DNA of 64,000 nt from an uncultured Candidatus Saccharibacteria bacterium (GTDB lineage: Bacteria; Patescibacteriota; Minisyncoccia; UBA6257), in assembly GCA_964479005.1 (NCBI GenBank), contig CAYZJA010000001.1, forward strand, positions 80,642 to 144,641, written 5' to 3'. The number at the start of each line of letters is the position of its first letter. Positions within the stretch are counted from its first letter, which is position 1. Positions 17,320 to 28,181 of this stretch are shown here, piece after piece. The position numbers and the translations under genes were made by a program. Under the pieces are notes generated by a model that saw nothing but the letters and a program-made list of their open reading frames with translations, was not told the origin of the DNA and did not search any database.

Positions 17320-17940
17320 ATGTTTGCAGAAGTTCCTTTGATTTTTCAGCTTATAATTCTTTTATTTTCTGTTGTTGTTCATGAAGTTTCTCATGGATTG
17401 GCTGCTTTACGTTTGGGCGACGACACAGCAGAAAAAATGGGACGTTTAACATTAAACCCATTAAAACATTTAGATCCGATTGGGTCTGTTCTTGTTCCTT
17501 TGATGCTAGTTTTAATGAAATCAGGATTTATATTTGGTTGGGCTAAACCTGTTCCTTATAATCCATTGAATCTTAAAATGCCGCGTCGTGATTCAGCTAT
17601 ATTGGCTTTTGCCGGACCAATGTCCAATTTTTGCTTGGCTCTTATTTTTGGATTGATTATTAGAATAATAATTATAACTTCTTCGTTTGTATCGCTTTTG
17701 CCGTTTTTGATAGTTATAGTAAAGATTAATTTAATTTTAGGTATATTTAATTTACTACCGATCCCTCCATTAGATGGTTCAAAAATATTATTTTATTTTT
17801 TTCCATCCCGTGAATTAGAAATCTTTCTTCACCGATATGGCATCATTGTTTTGTTTCTTTTTATTATGTTTGCAGGGGCGATTATCTTTCCCATTATTAA
17901 GTTATTATTCTTGATTTTAACTGGAATCCCATTGGGCTGA
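17320..17940 (+). CDS. site-2 protease family (M50) membrane metalloprotease
   Basis: HEVSHG (HExxH) in a TM helix; LLPIPPLDGSKI second zinc ligand motif. Confidence 0.75.
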   Translation: MFAEVPLIFQLIILLFSVVVHEVSHGLAALRLGDDTAEKMGRLTLNPLKHLDPIGSVLVPLMLVLMKSGFIFGWAKPVPYNPLNLKMPRRDSAILAFAGPMSNFCLALIFGLIIRIIIITSSFVSLLPFLIVIVKINLILGIFNLLPIPPLDGSKILFYFFPSRELEIFLHRYGIIVLFLFIMFAGAIIFPIIKLLFLILTGIPLG

Positions 17941-17969
17941 TTGACATAAAATGCCTTATTTGCTAAACT
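17941..17969 (+). promoter_or_regulatory. sigma70-like promoter TTGACA-N17-TAAACT upstream of rpsL
   Basis: ttgacataaaatgccttatttgctaaact. Confidence 0.5.
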
Positions 17970-17979
17970 ATTTTTTGTT

Positions 17980-18393
17980 ATGCCTACTTTACATCAATTA
18001 ATTAAAAAAGGGAGAAAATCAATTGTGAAGAAGAGCAAATCAGTTGCTCTGTCTTTTTCTTTTGATACTATAAAAAATAGGCCAAGCAATCATCCATCTT
18101 CTTTTAAAAAAGGTGTTTGCTTAAAAGTTTTTACAGCAACTCCAAAAAAGCCAAACTCCGCTTTACGAAAAGTAGCTAGAGTGAAATTAAGCAATGGCAT
18201 GGAAGTTACCGCATATATTCCAGGAATAGGGCATAATTTACAGGAGCACTCAATAGTCTTAGTAAGAGGTGGAAGAGTAAAAGATTTGCCAGGAGTTCGT
18301 TATCATGTAGTTCGTGGCAAACATGATATTTCTGGAGTAGATGGAAGAAAACAGCAAAGAAGTAAATATGGAACAAAAAAAGCAAAAGAATAA
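17980..18393 (+). CDS. rpsL: 30S ribosomal protein S12, with ~13-aa internal insertion
   Basis: [12 protein letters not shown]...[60 protein letters not shown]. Confidence 0.97.
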   Translation: MPTLHQLIKKGRKSIVKKSKSVALSFSFDTIKNRPSNHPSSFKKGVCLKVFTATPKKPNSALRKVARVKLSNGMEVTAYIPGIGHNLQEHSIVLVRGGRVKDLPGVRYHVVRGKHDISGVDGRKQQRSKYGTKKAKE

Positions 18394-18402
18394 GCATCTA
18401 TT

Positions 18403-18870
18403 ATGAGGAGAAAACATAGACAAGAAAAAGAATATGAACCAGATTTAATTTATAAAAGCGCTTTAGCGACGCGTTTTATTAATTATTTAATGAAAGATGG
18501 AAAAAAGTCAGTGGCGCAGAGAGTTCTTTATAACACAATGGAAAATATTAAAAAACAAACTAAGCAAGATCCATTGAGTATTTTTGATTTAGCTATTAAA
18601 AATGTTTCACCAGAATTAGAAGTTAAAAGCAGAAGAATAGGAGGCGCTAATTATCAAGTTCCTCAAGCGGTTCCTGAATATAGAAAAACCACATTAGCTT
18701 GCCGTTGGATTATTAATATGGCCCGGGCTAAAAAAGGAAAAACAATGGCAGAAAGATTAGCAGAAGAATTAATTCTGGCTTCGAAAAACGAGGGAGCAGC
18801 TATAAAGAAAAAATTAGATATTCATCGTATGGCTGAGGCAAATCGCGCTTTTGCTCGTTTTCGTTTCTAA
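18403..18870 (+). CDS. rpsG: 30S ribosomal protein S7
   Basis: [27 protein letters not shown]...[17 protein letters not shown]. Confidence 0.95.
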   Translation: MRRKHRQEKEYEPDLIYKSALATRFINYLMKDGKKSVAQRVLYNTMENIKKQTKQDPLSIFDLAIKNVSPELEVKSRRIGGANYQVPQAVPEYRKTTLACRWIINMARAKKGKTMAERLAEELILASKNEGAAIKKKLDIHRMAEANRAFARFRF

Positions 18871-18880
18871 ATTTAATATC

Positions 18881-20989
18881 ATGACTAAAATATATCCTAT
18901 AGATAAAATAAGGGACATTGGTTTTATAGCTCACATTGACGCTGGTAAGACTACCACTACTGAGCGCGTTTTATTTTATACTGGAATATCCCATAAAATA
19001 GGAAATATAGATGACGGAGATACTGTGATGGATTGGATGGACCAAGAGAGAGAAAGAGGCATTACCATTACTTCTGCCGCCACTACTTGTTTTTGGATTC
19101 CTTCATATAGAAATCAAGATTCTAATTATGAACATCGAATAAATATTATTGATACTCCAGGGCATATTGATTTTACTGCTGAAGTGCAGCGATCTTTAAG
19201 GGTGCTTGATGGCGCAGTAGTCATTTTTGATGGAGTAGCTGGTGTGGAATCTCAATCTGAAACAGTTTGGCATCAAGCTGATAAATATAATGTTCCGAGG
19301 ATGTGTTTTATTAATAAAATGGATAGAATAGGCGCTGATTTTTATAAAGGACTAAAATCTATTTATGAAAGATTAACTCCAAATGCCCAACCAATTAATA
19401 TACCTATTGGAGCTGAAGATAAATTTGAAGGGATTGCTGATTTAATTACAATGAAAGCTGTGTATTTTGAAGGTGAAAAAGGTGAGAATATAATCACAAA
19501 AGAAATCCCTTCAGATTTACTGGATAAAGCCAAAGAATATAGAAAATTATTGATAGAAAAAGTAGTGGAGCAGGACGAAAAATTATTAGGCGAATATTTA
19601 GAAGGCAAAGAGCCAACAGAGGAAAAGATAAGAGAGATATTGAGAAAGATTACTATTAAAGGGGATATAGTTCCTGTTCTTTGCGGCGCTTCTTTTAAAA
19701 ACAAAGGAGTGCAGCTTCTTATTGACGCGATTGTAGAATATTTGCCTTCTCCTAAAGATGTTCCAGCTGTTGAAGGAATTCATCCTAAAACCGGAGAAAA
19801 AGTCATTTGTCCTCCAGATGATAAAAAACCTTTTGCTGCTTTGGTATTTAAGGTAGCGAATGATCCTTATGTTGGTACATTAAGTTTTTTCCGGGTTTAT
19901 TCTGGAGTGTTTAAAAAAGGCAATTATGTTCTTAATGCCACTAAATCAAGCCAAGAAAGGATTGGAAGATTATTGCAAATGCATTCTAATCGCCGTGAAG
20001 AATTAGATGTGATACGAGCAGGTGACATAGCGGCTACAGTTGGATTAAAAGATACAGGAACAGGTGACACTTTGTGTGATATTAATTCACCTGTCATTTT
20101 AGAAAAGATTTTTTTCCCAGAACCTGTTATTTCAATAAAAGTAGAGCCACAGACAAAATCTGACCAGGAAAAAATGTCTTTGGTATTAAAAAAATTAGCT
20201 GAAGAAGATCCAACTTTTCAAGTAAAAACTGATGAAGAAACTTCAGAAACAATCATATCGGGAATGGGTGAACTTCATTTGGAAATCTTGGTAGATAGAA
20301 TGAAAAGAGAGTTTAATCTTAAAGTGGACACTGGAAAGCCTCAAGTGGCTTATAGAGAAACAATTAAGAAAATTGTTGAAAGTGAAGGTAAGTATATTCG
20401 GCAATCTGGGGGACGCGGCCAATATGGCCATGTTGTATTGAGATTAGAGCCATTAGAAAGAGGAAAGGGGTTTGAATTTGTTGATAGTATTAAAGGTGGA
20501 GATATTCCTAAAGAATTTATTCCTGCAGTACGAAAGGGAATAGAACAAGCTTTGGAAAAAGGTATTTTAGCGGGTTATCCAATGTCTGATGTAAGAGTTG
20601 CGCTTTATGATGGATCTTTCCATGATGTGGATTCTTCAGATTTTGCTTTCAAGATTGCTGGTTCTATGGCTTTTCAAGATGGAGCAAAAAGAGCTAATCC
20701 CGTTCTTTTAGAGCCAATAATGAAATTAGAAGTTGTGGTGCCTGAAAAATTCTTAGGTGATGTTGTGGGTGATTTGAGTTCTAAAAGAGGCCTTGTAGAA
20801 AGCATGCATGATAGAGGGGTCATGAAAGTAATTGACGCTAAAGTTCCTTTAGCTGAAATGTTTGGTTTTGCTACAAAATTACGTTCTATGACTGAAGGCA
20901 GAGGTACGTTTACCATGGAGTTCTTCTGCTATAAAGAAGTTCCTTCTAATATAACCGAGGAGATAATGGGTAAACAGTCTGCGGCTTGA
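18881..20989 (+). CDS. fusA: elongation factor G; start placed at ATG 18881 because ORF 18851 overlaps rpsG
   Basis: [26 protein letters not shown]...[12 protein letters not shown]...NKMDR. Confidence 0.97.
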   Translation: MTKIYPIDKIRDIGFIAHIDAGKTTTTERVLFYTGISHKIGNIDDGDTVMDWMDQERERGITITSAATTCFWIPSYRNQDSNYEHRINIIDTPGHIDFTAEVQRSLRVLDGAVVIFDGVAGVESQSETVWHQADKYNVPRMCFINKMDRIGADFYKGLKSIYERLTPNAQPINIPIGAEDKFEGIADLITMKAVYFEGEKGENIITKEIPSDLLDKAKEYRKLLIEKVVEQDEKLLGEYLEGKEPTEEKIREILRKITIKGDIVPVLCGASFKNKGVQLLIDAIVEYLPSPKDVPAVEGIHPKTGEKVICPPDDKKPFAALVFKVANDPYVGTLSFFRVYSGVFKKGNYVLNATKSSQERIGRLLQMHSNRREELDVIRAGDIAATVGLKDTGTGDTLCDINSPVILEKIFFPEPVISIKVEPQTKSDQEKMSLVLKKLAEEDPTFQVKTDEETSETIISGMGELHLEILVDRMKREFNLKVDTGKPQVAYRETIKKIVESEGKYIRQSGGRGQYGHVVLRLEPLERGKGFEFVDSIKGGDIPKEFIPAVRKGIEQALEKGILAGYPMSDVRVALYDGSFHDVDSSDFAFKIAGSMAFQDGAKRANPVLLEPIMKLEVVVPEKFLGDVVGDLSSKRGLVESMHDRGVMKVIDAKVPLAEMFGFATKLRSMTEGRGTFTMEFFCYKEVPSNITEEIMGKQSAA

Positions 20990-21108
20990 CAATGAATTAG
21001 TTATGCCTTAATATTGTAGATACAAAGGTAATCCGCCATTTACCAGTCAGTGAAGGCGGAGAAAAATAAAAAAAACAATAAAAATAATAAAAATTAAAAT
21101 TAAAAAAC

Positions 21109-22308
21109 ATGGCAGAAAAAGAGAAATTTGTTCGTGGAAAAACACATATGAATGTAGGAACCATTGGTCATATTGATCATGGTAAAACTACCTTAACAGC
21201 AGCTATTTCACATGCGCTTCACCTGAAAGGTTTAGCGAAGAAGGCCCTTAATGTTGCTGAAATTGATAAGGCTCCTGAAGAAAAAGCCCGTGGTATTACC
21301 ATTAACGTTCATCATTCCGAGTATGAAACTGAAAAAAGGCATTATGCTCATATCGATTGTCCAGGACATATTGATTATATTAAAAATATGGTCACTGGAT
21401 CAGCGCAAATGGATGGCGCCATCCTAGTAGTTTCTGCTCCTGATGGCCCTATGCCGCAAACATTTGAGCATATTCTTTTAGCTCGTCAAGTTGGAGTTCC
21501 TGCAATGGTAGTCTTTTTGAATAAAACAGACATGGTTCAGGATAAAGAATTATTGGAATTAGTGGAAACTGAGATAAGGGAACTTTTAACTAAGAATGGT
21601 TATCCTGGAAATGATGTTCCTATAATAAAGGGATCATCTTTAAAAGCATTGGATGCTAAATCTGTTGATGATACTGAAATAAAGCCAATATTTGAATTAA
21701 TAGATGCGCTTGATTCTTATTTCCCTGATCCAGTAAGGGATACAGATAAACCATTTCTTATGCCTATTGAAGATATATTCTCTATAGAAGGACGTGGTAC
21801 TGTAGCTACTGGAAGAGTTGAAAGAGGAAGAATTAATATCAATGATGAAGTAGAAATTATAGGATATCATCCAACAGTAAAAACTGTTGTGACTGGCCTT
21901 GAAATGTTTAATAAATCTCTTGATGAAAGCCAAGCTGGAGATAACGTAGGCGTTCTATTAAGAGGAACTAAGAAAGAAGAAATAAGGAGAGGCCAAGTAT
22001 TAGCTAAGCCAGGTTCTATTACTCCTCATACAGAGTTTGAAGCAGAGGTTTATATCTTAGCCAAAGAAGAAGGCGGAAGGCATACGCCGTTCTTTAGTGG
22101 CTATAAGCCCCAATTCTTTATTCGCACAGCTGATGTTACAGGAGAAGTTACTCTTCCTGAAGGAGTAGAAATGGTTATGCCTGGCGATAATGTAAAGTTT
22201 AAAGTTAAATTAATTGCTCCAGTTGCGTTAGACGATACTTCTCGTTTTGCCATTAGAGAAGGTGGACGAACTGTAGGTGCTGGAGTTGTTACAAAAATTA
22301 TAAAGTAA
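21109..22308 (+). CDS. tuf: elongation factor Tu
   Basis: [17 protein letters not shown]...[12 protein letters not shown]...NKTDM. Confidence 0.98.
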   Translation: MAEKEKFVRGKTHMNVGTIGHIDHGKTTLTAAISHALHLKGLAKKALNVAEIDKAPEEKARGITINVHHSEYETEKRHYAHIDCPGHIDYIKNMVTGSAQMDGAILVVSAPDGPMPQTFEHILLARQVGVPAMVVFLNKTDMVQDKELLELVETEIRELLTKNGYPGNDVPIIKGSSLKALDAKSVDDTEIKPIFELIDALDSYFPDPVRDTDKPFLMPIEDIFSIEGRGTVATGRVERGRININDEVEIIGYHPTVKTVVTGLEMFNKSLDESQAGDNVGVLLRGTKKEEIRRGQVLAKPGSITPHTEFEAEVYILAKEEGGRHTPFFSGYKPQFFIRTADVTGEVTLPEGVEMVMPGDNVKFKVKLIAPVALDDTSRFAIREGGRTVGAGVVTKIIK

Positions 22309-22318
22309 AGAATTTATC

Positions 22319-22645
22319 GTGCCTACTTCTAAGACCGAGATTCAACAGAAGATTAGAATTAAAATAAAGGGCTATGATCATCGGATCCTTGACAACTCTT
22401 GTCAGCAAATTATTGAGACTGTAATGAGATATGGCAGCGAAGCTATTGGTCCAATCCCTTTGCCAACCGAAATTCATCGTTATACAGTGAATAGGGCTAC
22501 TTTTGTTAAAAAGGATGCCAGGGAGCAGTTTGAAATCAGGATTCATAAAAGATTGATAGAAATTCCTAATCCTAATCAGAAAATTATTGAAGCCCTTACA
22601 AGTTTAGATTTGCCGGCAGGAGTAGATATAGAAATAAAGATGTAA
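22319..22645 (+). CDS. rpsJ: 30S ribosomal protein S10 (GTG start)
   Basis: [73 protein letters not shown]. Confidence 0.95.
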   Translation: MPTSKTEIQQKIRIKIKGYDHRILDNSCQQIIETVMRYGSEAIGPIPLPTEIHRYTVNRATFVKKDAREQFEIRIHKRLIEIPNPNQKIIEALTSLDLPAGVDIEIKM

Positions 22646-22682
22646 AATCAGCACAGCTAGTCTATAGCGGTAACCTTGAGGA

Positions 22683-22707
22683 AAACTGGGCTAGTGCCCA
22701 GTTTTTC
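22683..22707 (+). terminator. terminator-like hairpin (possible attenuator) between rpsJ and rplC
   Basis: aaactgggc-tagt-gcccagttttt: 9-bp perfect stem running into a U-tract. Confidence 0.4.
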
Positions 22708-22719
22708 AATGTCAAATTT

Positions 22720-23319
22720 ATGAAATTTATATTAGCTAAAAAATTGAAAATGTCGCAGGTTTTTGATAGCGAAGAAAAAGTTATTCCAGTAACTATTTTA
22801 GAGGCTGGTCCTGTTAAAATTACACAAATAAAAACCGAAGATAAAGATGGTTATGAAGCTATTCAGATTGGCTATGGGCATAAAAAAAATCAAACAAAAG
22901 CTTTGGCCGGGCACTTAAAGGATTTAGGAAAGTTTTCTTGGCTAGCAGAAATTCATGGAAAGGTTTCTGATTACAAAGTTGGTGATGAAATTAAGGTAGA
23001 TATTTTTAAAGAAGGGGATAAAGTAATAGTAATAGGAAAAAGTAAGGGAAAGGGCTTTCAGGGCGTGGTTAAAAGACATGGATTTAGAGGTTCTCCTGCA
23101 AGCCACGGAACAAAAGATAGATTGAGAGCGCCTGGATCAATTGGCGCTACTGGGCTTCATCGTGTAGTAAAGGGCAAAAAAATGGCGGGCAGAATGGGCC
23201 AGGATCAGTTGACATTAAAAAAAATAGAGGTTATAAAAGTTGATTCAGAAAAAGGTCTTCTTTATTTGAAAGGAGCTATTCCCGGCAGAAGAGGTTCATT
23301 AATAAAAGTTATGGGATAA
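22720..23319 (+). CDS. rplC: 50S ribosomal protein L3
   Basis: KKLKMSQVFDSEEKVIPVTILEAGPVKITQIKT...GKGFQGVVKRHGF. Confidence 0.95.
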   Translation: MKFILAKKLKMSQVFDSEEKVIPVTILEAGPVKITQIKTEDKDGYEAIQIGYGHKKNQTKALAGHLKDLGKFSWLAEIHGKVSDYKVGDEIKVDIFKEGDKVIVIGKSKGKGFQGVVKRHGFRGSPASHGTKDRLRAPGSIGATGLHRVVKGKKMAGRMGQDQLTLKKIEVIKVDSEKGLLYLKGAIPGRRGSLIKVMG

Positions 23320-23324
23320 AAGAT

Positions 23325-23957
23325 ATGAAAGCGCCTATTTACAATTTAAAAGGAAAGACATTAAAAAAGATTGAGTTATCTGAGGATATTTTTGGTAAGA
23401 AGATTAATAATAATCTTGTTCACCAGGTTTATACAAGCCTTTTAAGCAATCGACGAAAACCATTAGCTTTTAGTAAAGACAGGTCAGAAGTGAGAGGTGG
23501 AGGAAAAAAGCCATGGAGGCAAAAAGGGACAGGAAGGGCCAGGCATGGCTCTATTCGTTCTCCTTTATGGAAAGGAGGTGGGGTGACATTTGGTCCGAGA
23601 GCAAAAGAAAGAGATTTTAAAAAGAAGATAAATAAAAAGATAAAAAAGGACGCTATTAAAATGGTTCTTTCCCAGAAGTTTAGAGATGGGGAGATTAAAA
23701 TAATTGAGGATATCGATTTAAAGGAACATAAAACCAGCCAAATGGATAAATTTTTTAGAAGCCTTTTAAAAATAGAAAAGAAATTTCCAAAAGTTTTGTT
23801 TTTAATTGACTCAAAAAATGAGGTATTACGAAAGAGTGCGAAAAATCTACCCTATATTAAAATTATGAATGCTGAGAATATTGATTTGATAGAAATATTA
23901 AATAATAAATATTTGGTGATATCAAAAAATATTTTGCCAATGATAGAGATTAAGTAA
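23325..23957 (+). CDS. rplD: 50S ribosomal protein L4
   Basis: VRGGGKKPWRQKGTGRARHGSIRSPLWKGGGVTFGP. Confidence 0.95.
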   Translation: MKAPIYNLKGKTLKKIELSEDIFGKKINNNLVHQVYTSLLSNRRKPLAFSKDRSEVRGGGKKPWRQKGTGRARHGSIRSPLWKGGGVTFGPRAKERDFKKKINKKIKKDAIKMVLSQKFRDGEIKIIEDIDLKEHKTSQMDKFFRSLLKIEKKFPKVLFLIDSKNEVLRKSAKNLPYIKIMNAENIDLIEILNNKYLVISKNILPMIEIK

Positions 23958-23965
23958 ATAAATTT

Positions 23966-24424
23966 ATGGGTATTTTGAATATTTTTAAAAATAAGAACCT
24001 TTTTCGTTCTACTCAAAAGAACCTTGTTTCTCGTGATGCTCGAAATAAGAAAATCGAAGAAAAAAAGGTTGAGAAAGAGAAAACCAAAAAGCCAGTAGCA
24101 GAAGAAAAGAAAGTTGAAATAAAAGGGAAGATTGTTTTAGAAGGATCCTCTTCGGCATTGTTGATTAATCCTTATTTGAGCGAAAAGTCTACTAGTTTAA
24201 GAGAGCAAGAAAATAAATATATTTTTAAAGTTAGCCCTAGAGCGACAAAAAACGAAATAAAAAAACTTTTAGAAAATATTTACAATGTGGAGGTAACCAA
24301 GATTAATGTAATAAATACCCCTGCTAAGCCTAAAAGATGGAGACAGAAAAAAAGATATTTTAACAGGAGTAAAAAAATGATGGTTACCATAAAGAAAGGC
24401 CAAAAAATAGAATTAGGAATATGA
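23966..24424 (+). CDS. rplW: 50S ribosomal protein L23 with ~60-aa K/E-rich N-terminal extension that contains AAGAACCTT repeat copies
   Basis: C-terminal YIFKVSPRATKNEIKKLLENIYNVEVTKINVINTP is L23. Confidence 0.85.
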   Translation: MGILNIFKNKNLFRSTQKNLVSRDARNKKIEEKKVEKEKTKKPVAEEKKVEIKGKIVLEGSSSALLINPYLSEKSTSLREQENKYIFKVSPRATKNEIKKLLENIYNVEVTKINVINTPAKPKRWRQKKRYFNRSKKMMVTIKKGQKIELGI

Positions 24425-25257
24425 TAAAAAGATATAAACCAACAACACCATCTCGTCGCCACTATACTGTTTCTGATTATTCAGTTTTAACTAGTGAAAA
24501 GCCTTTTAAAAGACTAACTTCTTCTAAAAAAAGAAGCGTTGGGAGATCTAAAGGAAGAATAACGGTTCGGCATAAAGGTGGCGGCAACAAGAAACTGCAT
24601 AGAGAGATTGTTTTTGGCGAGCAAAAAAAAGGAGTTCCGGGAATAATAAAGACCATAGAATATGATCCTTACCGCTCTGCATTTATCTCATTGGTATCTT
24701 ATAAAGACGGCGATTGGCGCTATATTTTATCTCCACATAATTTGAAAGTTGGGGATGAAATTATTTGTGATGAAAAAACGCCTTTTAAGAAAGGAAATAG
24801 ATTGCAATTAAAAAATATTCCAGTCGGAAGCTTGATACATAATATAGAAATTAGAGTAGGCGCTGGAGGAAGACTAGCTAAGTCAGCAGGATCTTCTGCG
24901 CAAGTTATAACCCAAGATGGAAAACATACCCATCTTAAAATGCCTTCATCAGAAATAAGGAAGATATTGGATGTTTGCTATGCGTCAATTGGGCAACTTT
25001 CTAATGTTGAACATGGAATGGTAAGCATTGGAAAAGCAGGAAGGGCGCGTCATATGGGAAGAAGGCCCAAAGTAAGAGGAACGGCAATGAATCCTGTAGA
25101 TCATCCATATGGTGGCGGAGAAGGAAAAACGCAAAGAGGAACAAAAAGGCCAAAAAGCATTTATGGTAAAGTTACTGGTGGCGTAAAAACAAGAAAGAAG
25201 AAAAAATATTCTAATAAGTTTATTATAAAAAAGCGAAAGAAAAAACGTAAAAAATAA
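24421..25257 (+). CDS. rplB: 50S ribosomal protein L2 with lysine-rich C-terminal tail
   Basis: [18 protein letters not shown]...[29 protein letters not shown]. Confidence 0.97.
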   Translation: MIKRYKPTTPSRRHYTVSDYSVLTSEKPFKRLTSSKKRSVGRSKGRITVRHKGGGNKKLHREIVFGEQKKGVPGIIKTIEYDPYRSAFISLVSYKDGDWRYILSPHNLKVGDEIICDEKTPFKKGNRLQLKNIPVGSLIHNIEIRVGAGGRLAKSAGSSAQVITQDGKHTHLKMPSSEIRKILDVCYASIGQLSNVEHGMVSIGKAGRARHMGRRPKVRGTAMNPVDHPYGGGEGKTQRGTKRPKSIYGKVTGGVKTRKKKKYSNKFIIKKRKKKRKK

Positions 25258-25261
25258 TATT

Positions 25262-25591
25262 ATGTCTCGTTCACTAAAAAAAGGCCCATACGTTCATCCA
25301 AAATTGTTAAAGAAACTCTCCAAGATAAAGATAGGAGATAAAACTCCTATTAAAACTTGGTCTAGAGATTCAATAATTACACCAGAAATGGTTGGTTTTG
25401 TTTTCGCCGTGCATAATGGTAAAGATTTTATTGAGGTAGAAACAAGAGAAGAAATGGTTGGGCATCATTTAGGGGAATTTTCTTTAACAAGAAAGTTTTT
25501 TAAACATGGTGGAAAAATGCAAAAAGAATTGGAAGCAAAAGCAAGGGTTTCAGAAAAAACATCAGCGTCTGCGCAAAGTGAAAAAAAATAA
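25262..25591 (+). CDS. rpsS: 30S ribosomal protein S19
   Basis: [18 protein letters not shown]...[26 protein letters not shown]. Confidence 0.95.
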   Translation: MSRSLKKGPYVHPKLLKKLSKIKIGDKTPIKTWSRDSIITPEMVGFVFAVHNGKDFIEVETREEMVGHHLGEFSLTRKFFKHGGKMQKELEAKARVSEKTSASAQSEKK

Positions 25592-25610
25592 ATATTTAGC
25601 AGAATAAATT

Positions 25611-26123
25611 ATGGAAGTTAAAGCCTCTTTAAAATATTTAAGAATTAGTCCTCGGAAAGTCCGATTACTCACAAATTTAATAAAAGGGCTATCTGTTAAA
25701 AGCGCAGAAGCTAATTTGCTTCATATTTCTAAGAAAAGCAGCAAGCCTTTGTTAAAATTATTAAGATCTGCTATAGCTAATGCTAAACATAATTTTGATT
25801 TAGATAAAGACAATCTTTTTATTAGGGCTATTAGAGTAGATGAAGGGCCGGCTTTTAAGAGGTTCCGTCCTAGAGCGCGTGGAGCAGCTTATCCAATAAG
25901 AAAAAGAACCTCACATATCTTTCTTACCTTAAAGGAAATAAAAGAAAAGGAAACTAAAACAAAAAAAGAAGTTAAAGATGTTAAACATGAGAAGGAGATA
26001 AAAGAGAAAAAAGCTCGAGTAAAAAGTTCCGCTTTTGTAAAAAAACCAGAGTTTAAAAAAGAAGAAAAAATAATAAAGAGATCTGCTCAAAAACAAAGAA
26101 TATTTCGTCGTAAAGCAATTTAA
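25611..26123 (+). CDS. rplV: 50S ribosomal protein L22 with K/E-rich C-terminal extension
   Basis: KASLKYLRISPRKVRLLTNLIKG...IRAIRVDEGPAFKRFRPRARGAAYPIRKRTSHI. Confidence 0.9.
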   Translation: MEVKASLKYLRISPRKVRLLTNLIKGLSVKSAEANLLHISKKSSKPLLKLLRSAIANAKHNFDLDKDNLFIRAIRVDEGPAFKRFRPRARGAAYPIRKRTSHIFLTLKEIKEKETKTKKEVKDVKHEKEIKEKKARVKSSAFVKKPEFKKEEKIIKRSAQKQRIFRRKAI

Positions 26124-26131
26124 ATATTGAT

Positions 26132-26779
26132 ATGGGTCAAAAAATTAATCCAAAATCTTTTAGGATAGGTATTAACAAGGGATGGCATTCCCGTTGGTTT
26201 AATTTAAAAGAATCCCCAAAATTATTGGAACAGGATTATAAAATTCGTGAATTTATTTATAAAAAAGCTAAAACATGCAGGATAGAAAGCGTGGATATTG
26301 AAAGAAAAGCCGGTGATATTAAAATTATTATTAAAACTGCTCGTCCCGGATTATTGATTGGCCGTCAGGGTAAAGGCATAGAAGATATTCAAAAAGGATT
26401 AGCAAAGTTATTAAAGATCAAATCGCGTATTGATATTTCAATTGAAGAAGTTAAACATCCGGAAATATCTGGGGAGATTGTAGCTCAAAGCATTGCTGAA
26501 GATATAGAAAAGAGAATGCCATACAGAAGAGTCCTAAAGCAATATATAACCAAAGTAATACAGCGTAAAGAGGTCTTGGGTGTGAAAATTATGCTTTCAG
26601 GCAGGTTAGACGGAACAGAGATTGCACGTAATGAATGGCTAAAAGAAGGAAAATTGCCCTTATCAACTATTAGGGCAGATATTGATTATGGTTTTACTGA
26701 AGCGCGTTGTACTTATGGAACAATAGGAATAAAAGTATGGATTTATAAAGGAGAAAAGTTTTCAGATATTAATAAATAG
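26132..26779 (+). CDS. rpsC: 30S ribosomal protein S3
   Basis: MGQKINPKSFRIGINKGWHSRWF...PGLLIGRQGKGIEDI (KH domain). Confidence 0.97.
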   Translation: MGQKINPKSFRIGINKGWHSRWFNLKESPKLLEQDYKIREFIYKKAKTCRIESVDIERKAGDIKIIIKTARPGLLIGRQGKGIEDIQKGLAKLLKIKSRIDISIEEVKHPEISGEIVAQSIAEDIEKRMPYRRVLKQYITKVIQRKEVLGVKIMLSGRLDGTEIARNEWLKEGKLPLSTIRADIDYGFTEARCTYGTIGIKVWIYKGEKFSDINK

Positions 26780-26787
26780 TAATTCTT

Positions 26788-27201
26788 ATGTTATTGCCAA
26801 AAAAAGTAAAACATAGAAAAATGCATAAAGGTCGGAAGAGATTTCGCCAAGTAGAAACCAGGGGAATTGAACTTTCTTTTGGTAGTTTTGGATTAAAGGC
26901 CATGGAAGAATCCTGGTTAACATCCCAACAGATTGAATCAGCTTATCGGGCAATAGCCCGTTCCTTGCGAAAAGAAGGAAAAATCTGGATGAGGGTATTT
27001 CCTGATAAACCTATTACTAAAAAAGCGGCAGAAACTAAAATGGGCAAAGGAAAGGGTTCTGTGGATCATTACGTTTTTCCAGTAAGGCCCGGAAGAATTC
27101 TTTTTGAATTAGACGGAATCTCTTATGAAAAAGTGAAAGAAGCTTTTCGTTTGGCTAATTCAAAATTACCAATTAAAACTTTAATTATTAGAAAACAATA
27201 A
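26788..27201 (+). CDS. rplP: 50S ribosomal protein L16
   Basis: MLLPKKVKHRKMHKGR...AIARSLRKEGKIWMRVFPDKPITKKAAETKMGKGKG. Confidence 0.97.
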   Translation: MLLPKKVKHRKMHKGRKRFRQVETRGIELSFGSFGLKAMEESWLTSQQIESAYRAIARSLRKEGKIWMRVFPDKPITKKAAETKMGKGKGSVDHYVFPVRPGRILFELDGISYEKVKEAFRLANSKLPIKTLIIRKQ

Positions 27202-27203
27202 TT

Positions 27204-27404
27204 ATGGTAAAAGCAAAAGAATTACGATTAAAACCCGAAGAGGAATTAAATCAATTACTGTCTGAATCCCAAAAGAAATTACGGGAATTGAGGTTTAATT
27301 TGGCTAGCGGAAAAGTTAAAAACGTACGCACCATTCGTGTTTTGAAAAAGAACATTGCGAGAATTTTAACTATTTTAAATGAAGAAAATGAAAATCAACT
27401 CTAA
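27204..27404 (+). CDS. rpmC: 50S ribosomal protein L29
   Basis: MVKAKELRLKPEEELNQLL...LRFNLASGKVKNVRTIRVLKKNIARI. Confidence 0.9.
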   Translation: MVKAKELRLKPEEELNQLLSESQKKLRELRFNLASGKVKNVRTIRVLKKNIARILTILNEENENQL

Positions 27405-27528
27405 TTATGAGCCAAAGGCGAATAACAAGGTTCTTATTATGAGCAAAGCAAATAACAAGGTTCTTATTATGAGCCAAAGGCGAATAACAAGGTTCTTATT
27501 ATGAGCAAAGCAAATAACAAGGTTCTTA
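27405..27528. repeat. 2 x 62-bp tandem repeat filling the rpmC-rpsQ spacer; member of the AAGAACCTTG repeat family in inverted orientation
   Basis: ttatgagccaaaggcgaataacaaggttctta + ttatgagcaaagcaaataacaaggttctta, duplicated. Each half carries a micro-ORF (atgagccaaaggcgaataacaaggttcttattatga = [11 protein letters not shown]). Confidence 0.9.
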
Positions 27529-27529
27529 T

Positions 27530-27838
27530 ATGGAAAAACAAATTAAAAAACAAAAAAGGATATTAAAAGGAGAAGTTATATCAGACAAGATGGATAAAAC
27601 TGTTGTAGTTAAGGTTTCCAGATTGAAAGTGCATCCGAAATATAAGAAGCGCTATAAAATTACCAAGCGTTTTAAAGCCCATGATGAGAAGAATGAGTGT
27701 CGTGTAGGCGATAAAGTAATGATTGAAGAAACAAGGCCTCTATCTAAAGGGAAAAGATGGAAAGTGAAACATAAAGAACAAATAACAAATAATAAGAAAG
27801 AAGATGATTCAACCGCAGACAATATTAAAAGTAATTGA
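27530..27838 (+). CDS. rpsQ: 30S ribosomal protein S17 with C-terminal extension overlapping rplN
   Basis: [64 protein letters not shown]. Confidence 0.9.
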   Translation: MEKQIKKQKRILKGEVISDKMDKTVVVKVSRLKVHPKYKKRYKITKRFKAHDEKNECRVGDKVMIEETRPLSKGKRWKVKHKEQITNNKKEDDSTADNIKSN

Positions 27839-28172
27839 TAATAGTGGCGCGAAAGTAATCCGTTGTTTTCGAGTATTAGGCGGAACGAAAAGAAGATATG
27901 CTGAGATTGGCGATATTGTTGTTGCTTCTGTTCAAATAGCTGAGCCTCGTAGAGAAGTGAAGAAAAAAGCGGTAGTAAAAGCCATAATCGTGCGTCAGAA
28001 AAAGGCTTTTAGGAGAAAAGACGGAAGCTATATTCGTTTTAATGAAAACGCTGCGGTTCTTGTTAATGATAAAAAAGAACCTTTGGGTAATCGTATTTTT
28101 GGTCCTGTGCCGCGCGAAATAAAAGAAAGAGGGTATAGTAAAATAGCGGGTTTAGCCCCAGAATTAGTATAA
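27804..28172 (+). CDS. rplN: 50S ribosomal protein L14
   Basis: [27 protein letters not shown]...[26 protein letters not shown]. Confidence 0.97.
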   Translation: MIQPQTILKVIDNSGAKVIRCFRVLGGTKRRYAEIGDIVVASVQIAEPRREVKKKAVVKAIIVRQKKAFRRKDGSYIRFNENAAVLVNDKKEPLGNRIFGPVPREIKERGYSKIAGLAPELV

Positions 28173-28181
28173 TTTATATTT

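Noticed and set aside
19363-22546. Several minus-strand ORFs (60-113 aa) listed in the track inside fusA, tuf and other ribosomal protein genes
   Set aside because: Antisense to highly conserved genes. Low-complexity, AT-driven open frames with no motifs.
27405-27528. Possible CRISPR array (direct repeats with short intervening sequences)
   Set aside because: Only four units. The units alternate between two variants rather than having identical repeats with unique spacers, and the putative spacers would be 6-8 nt. No cas genes. Interpreted as a tandem duplication of a dispersed mini-repeat.
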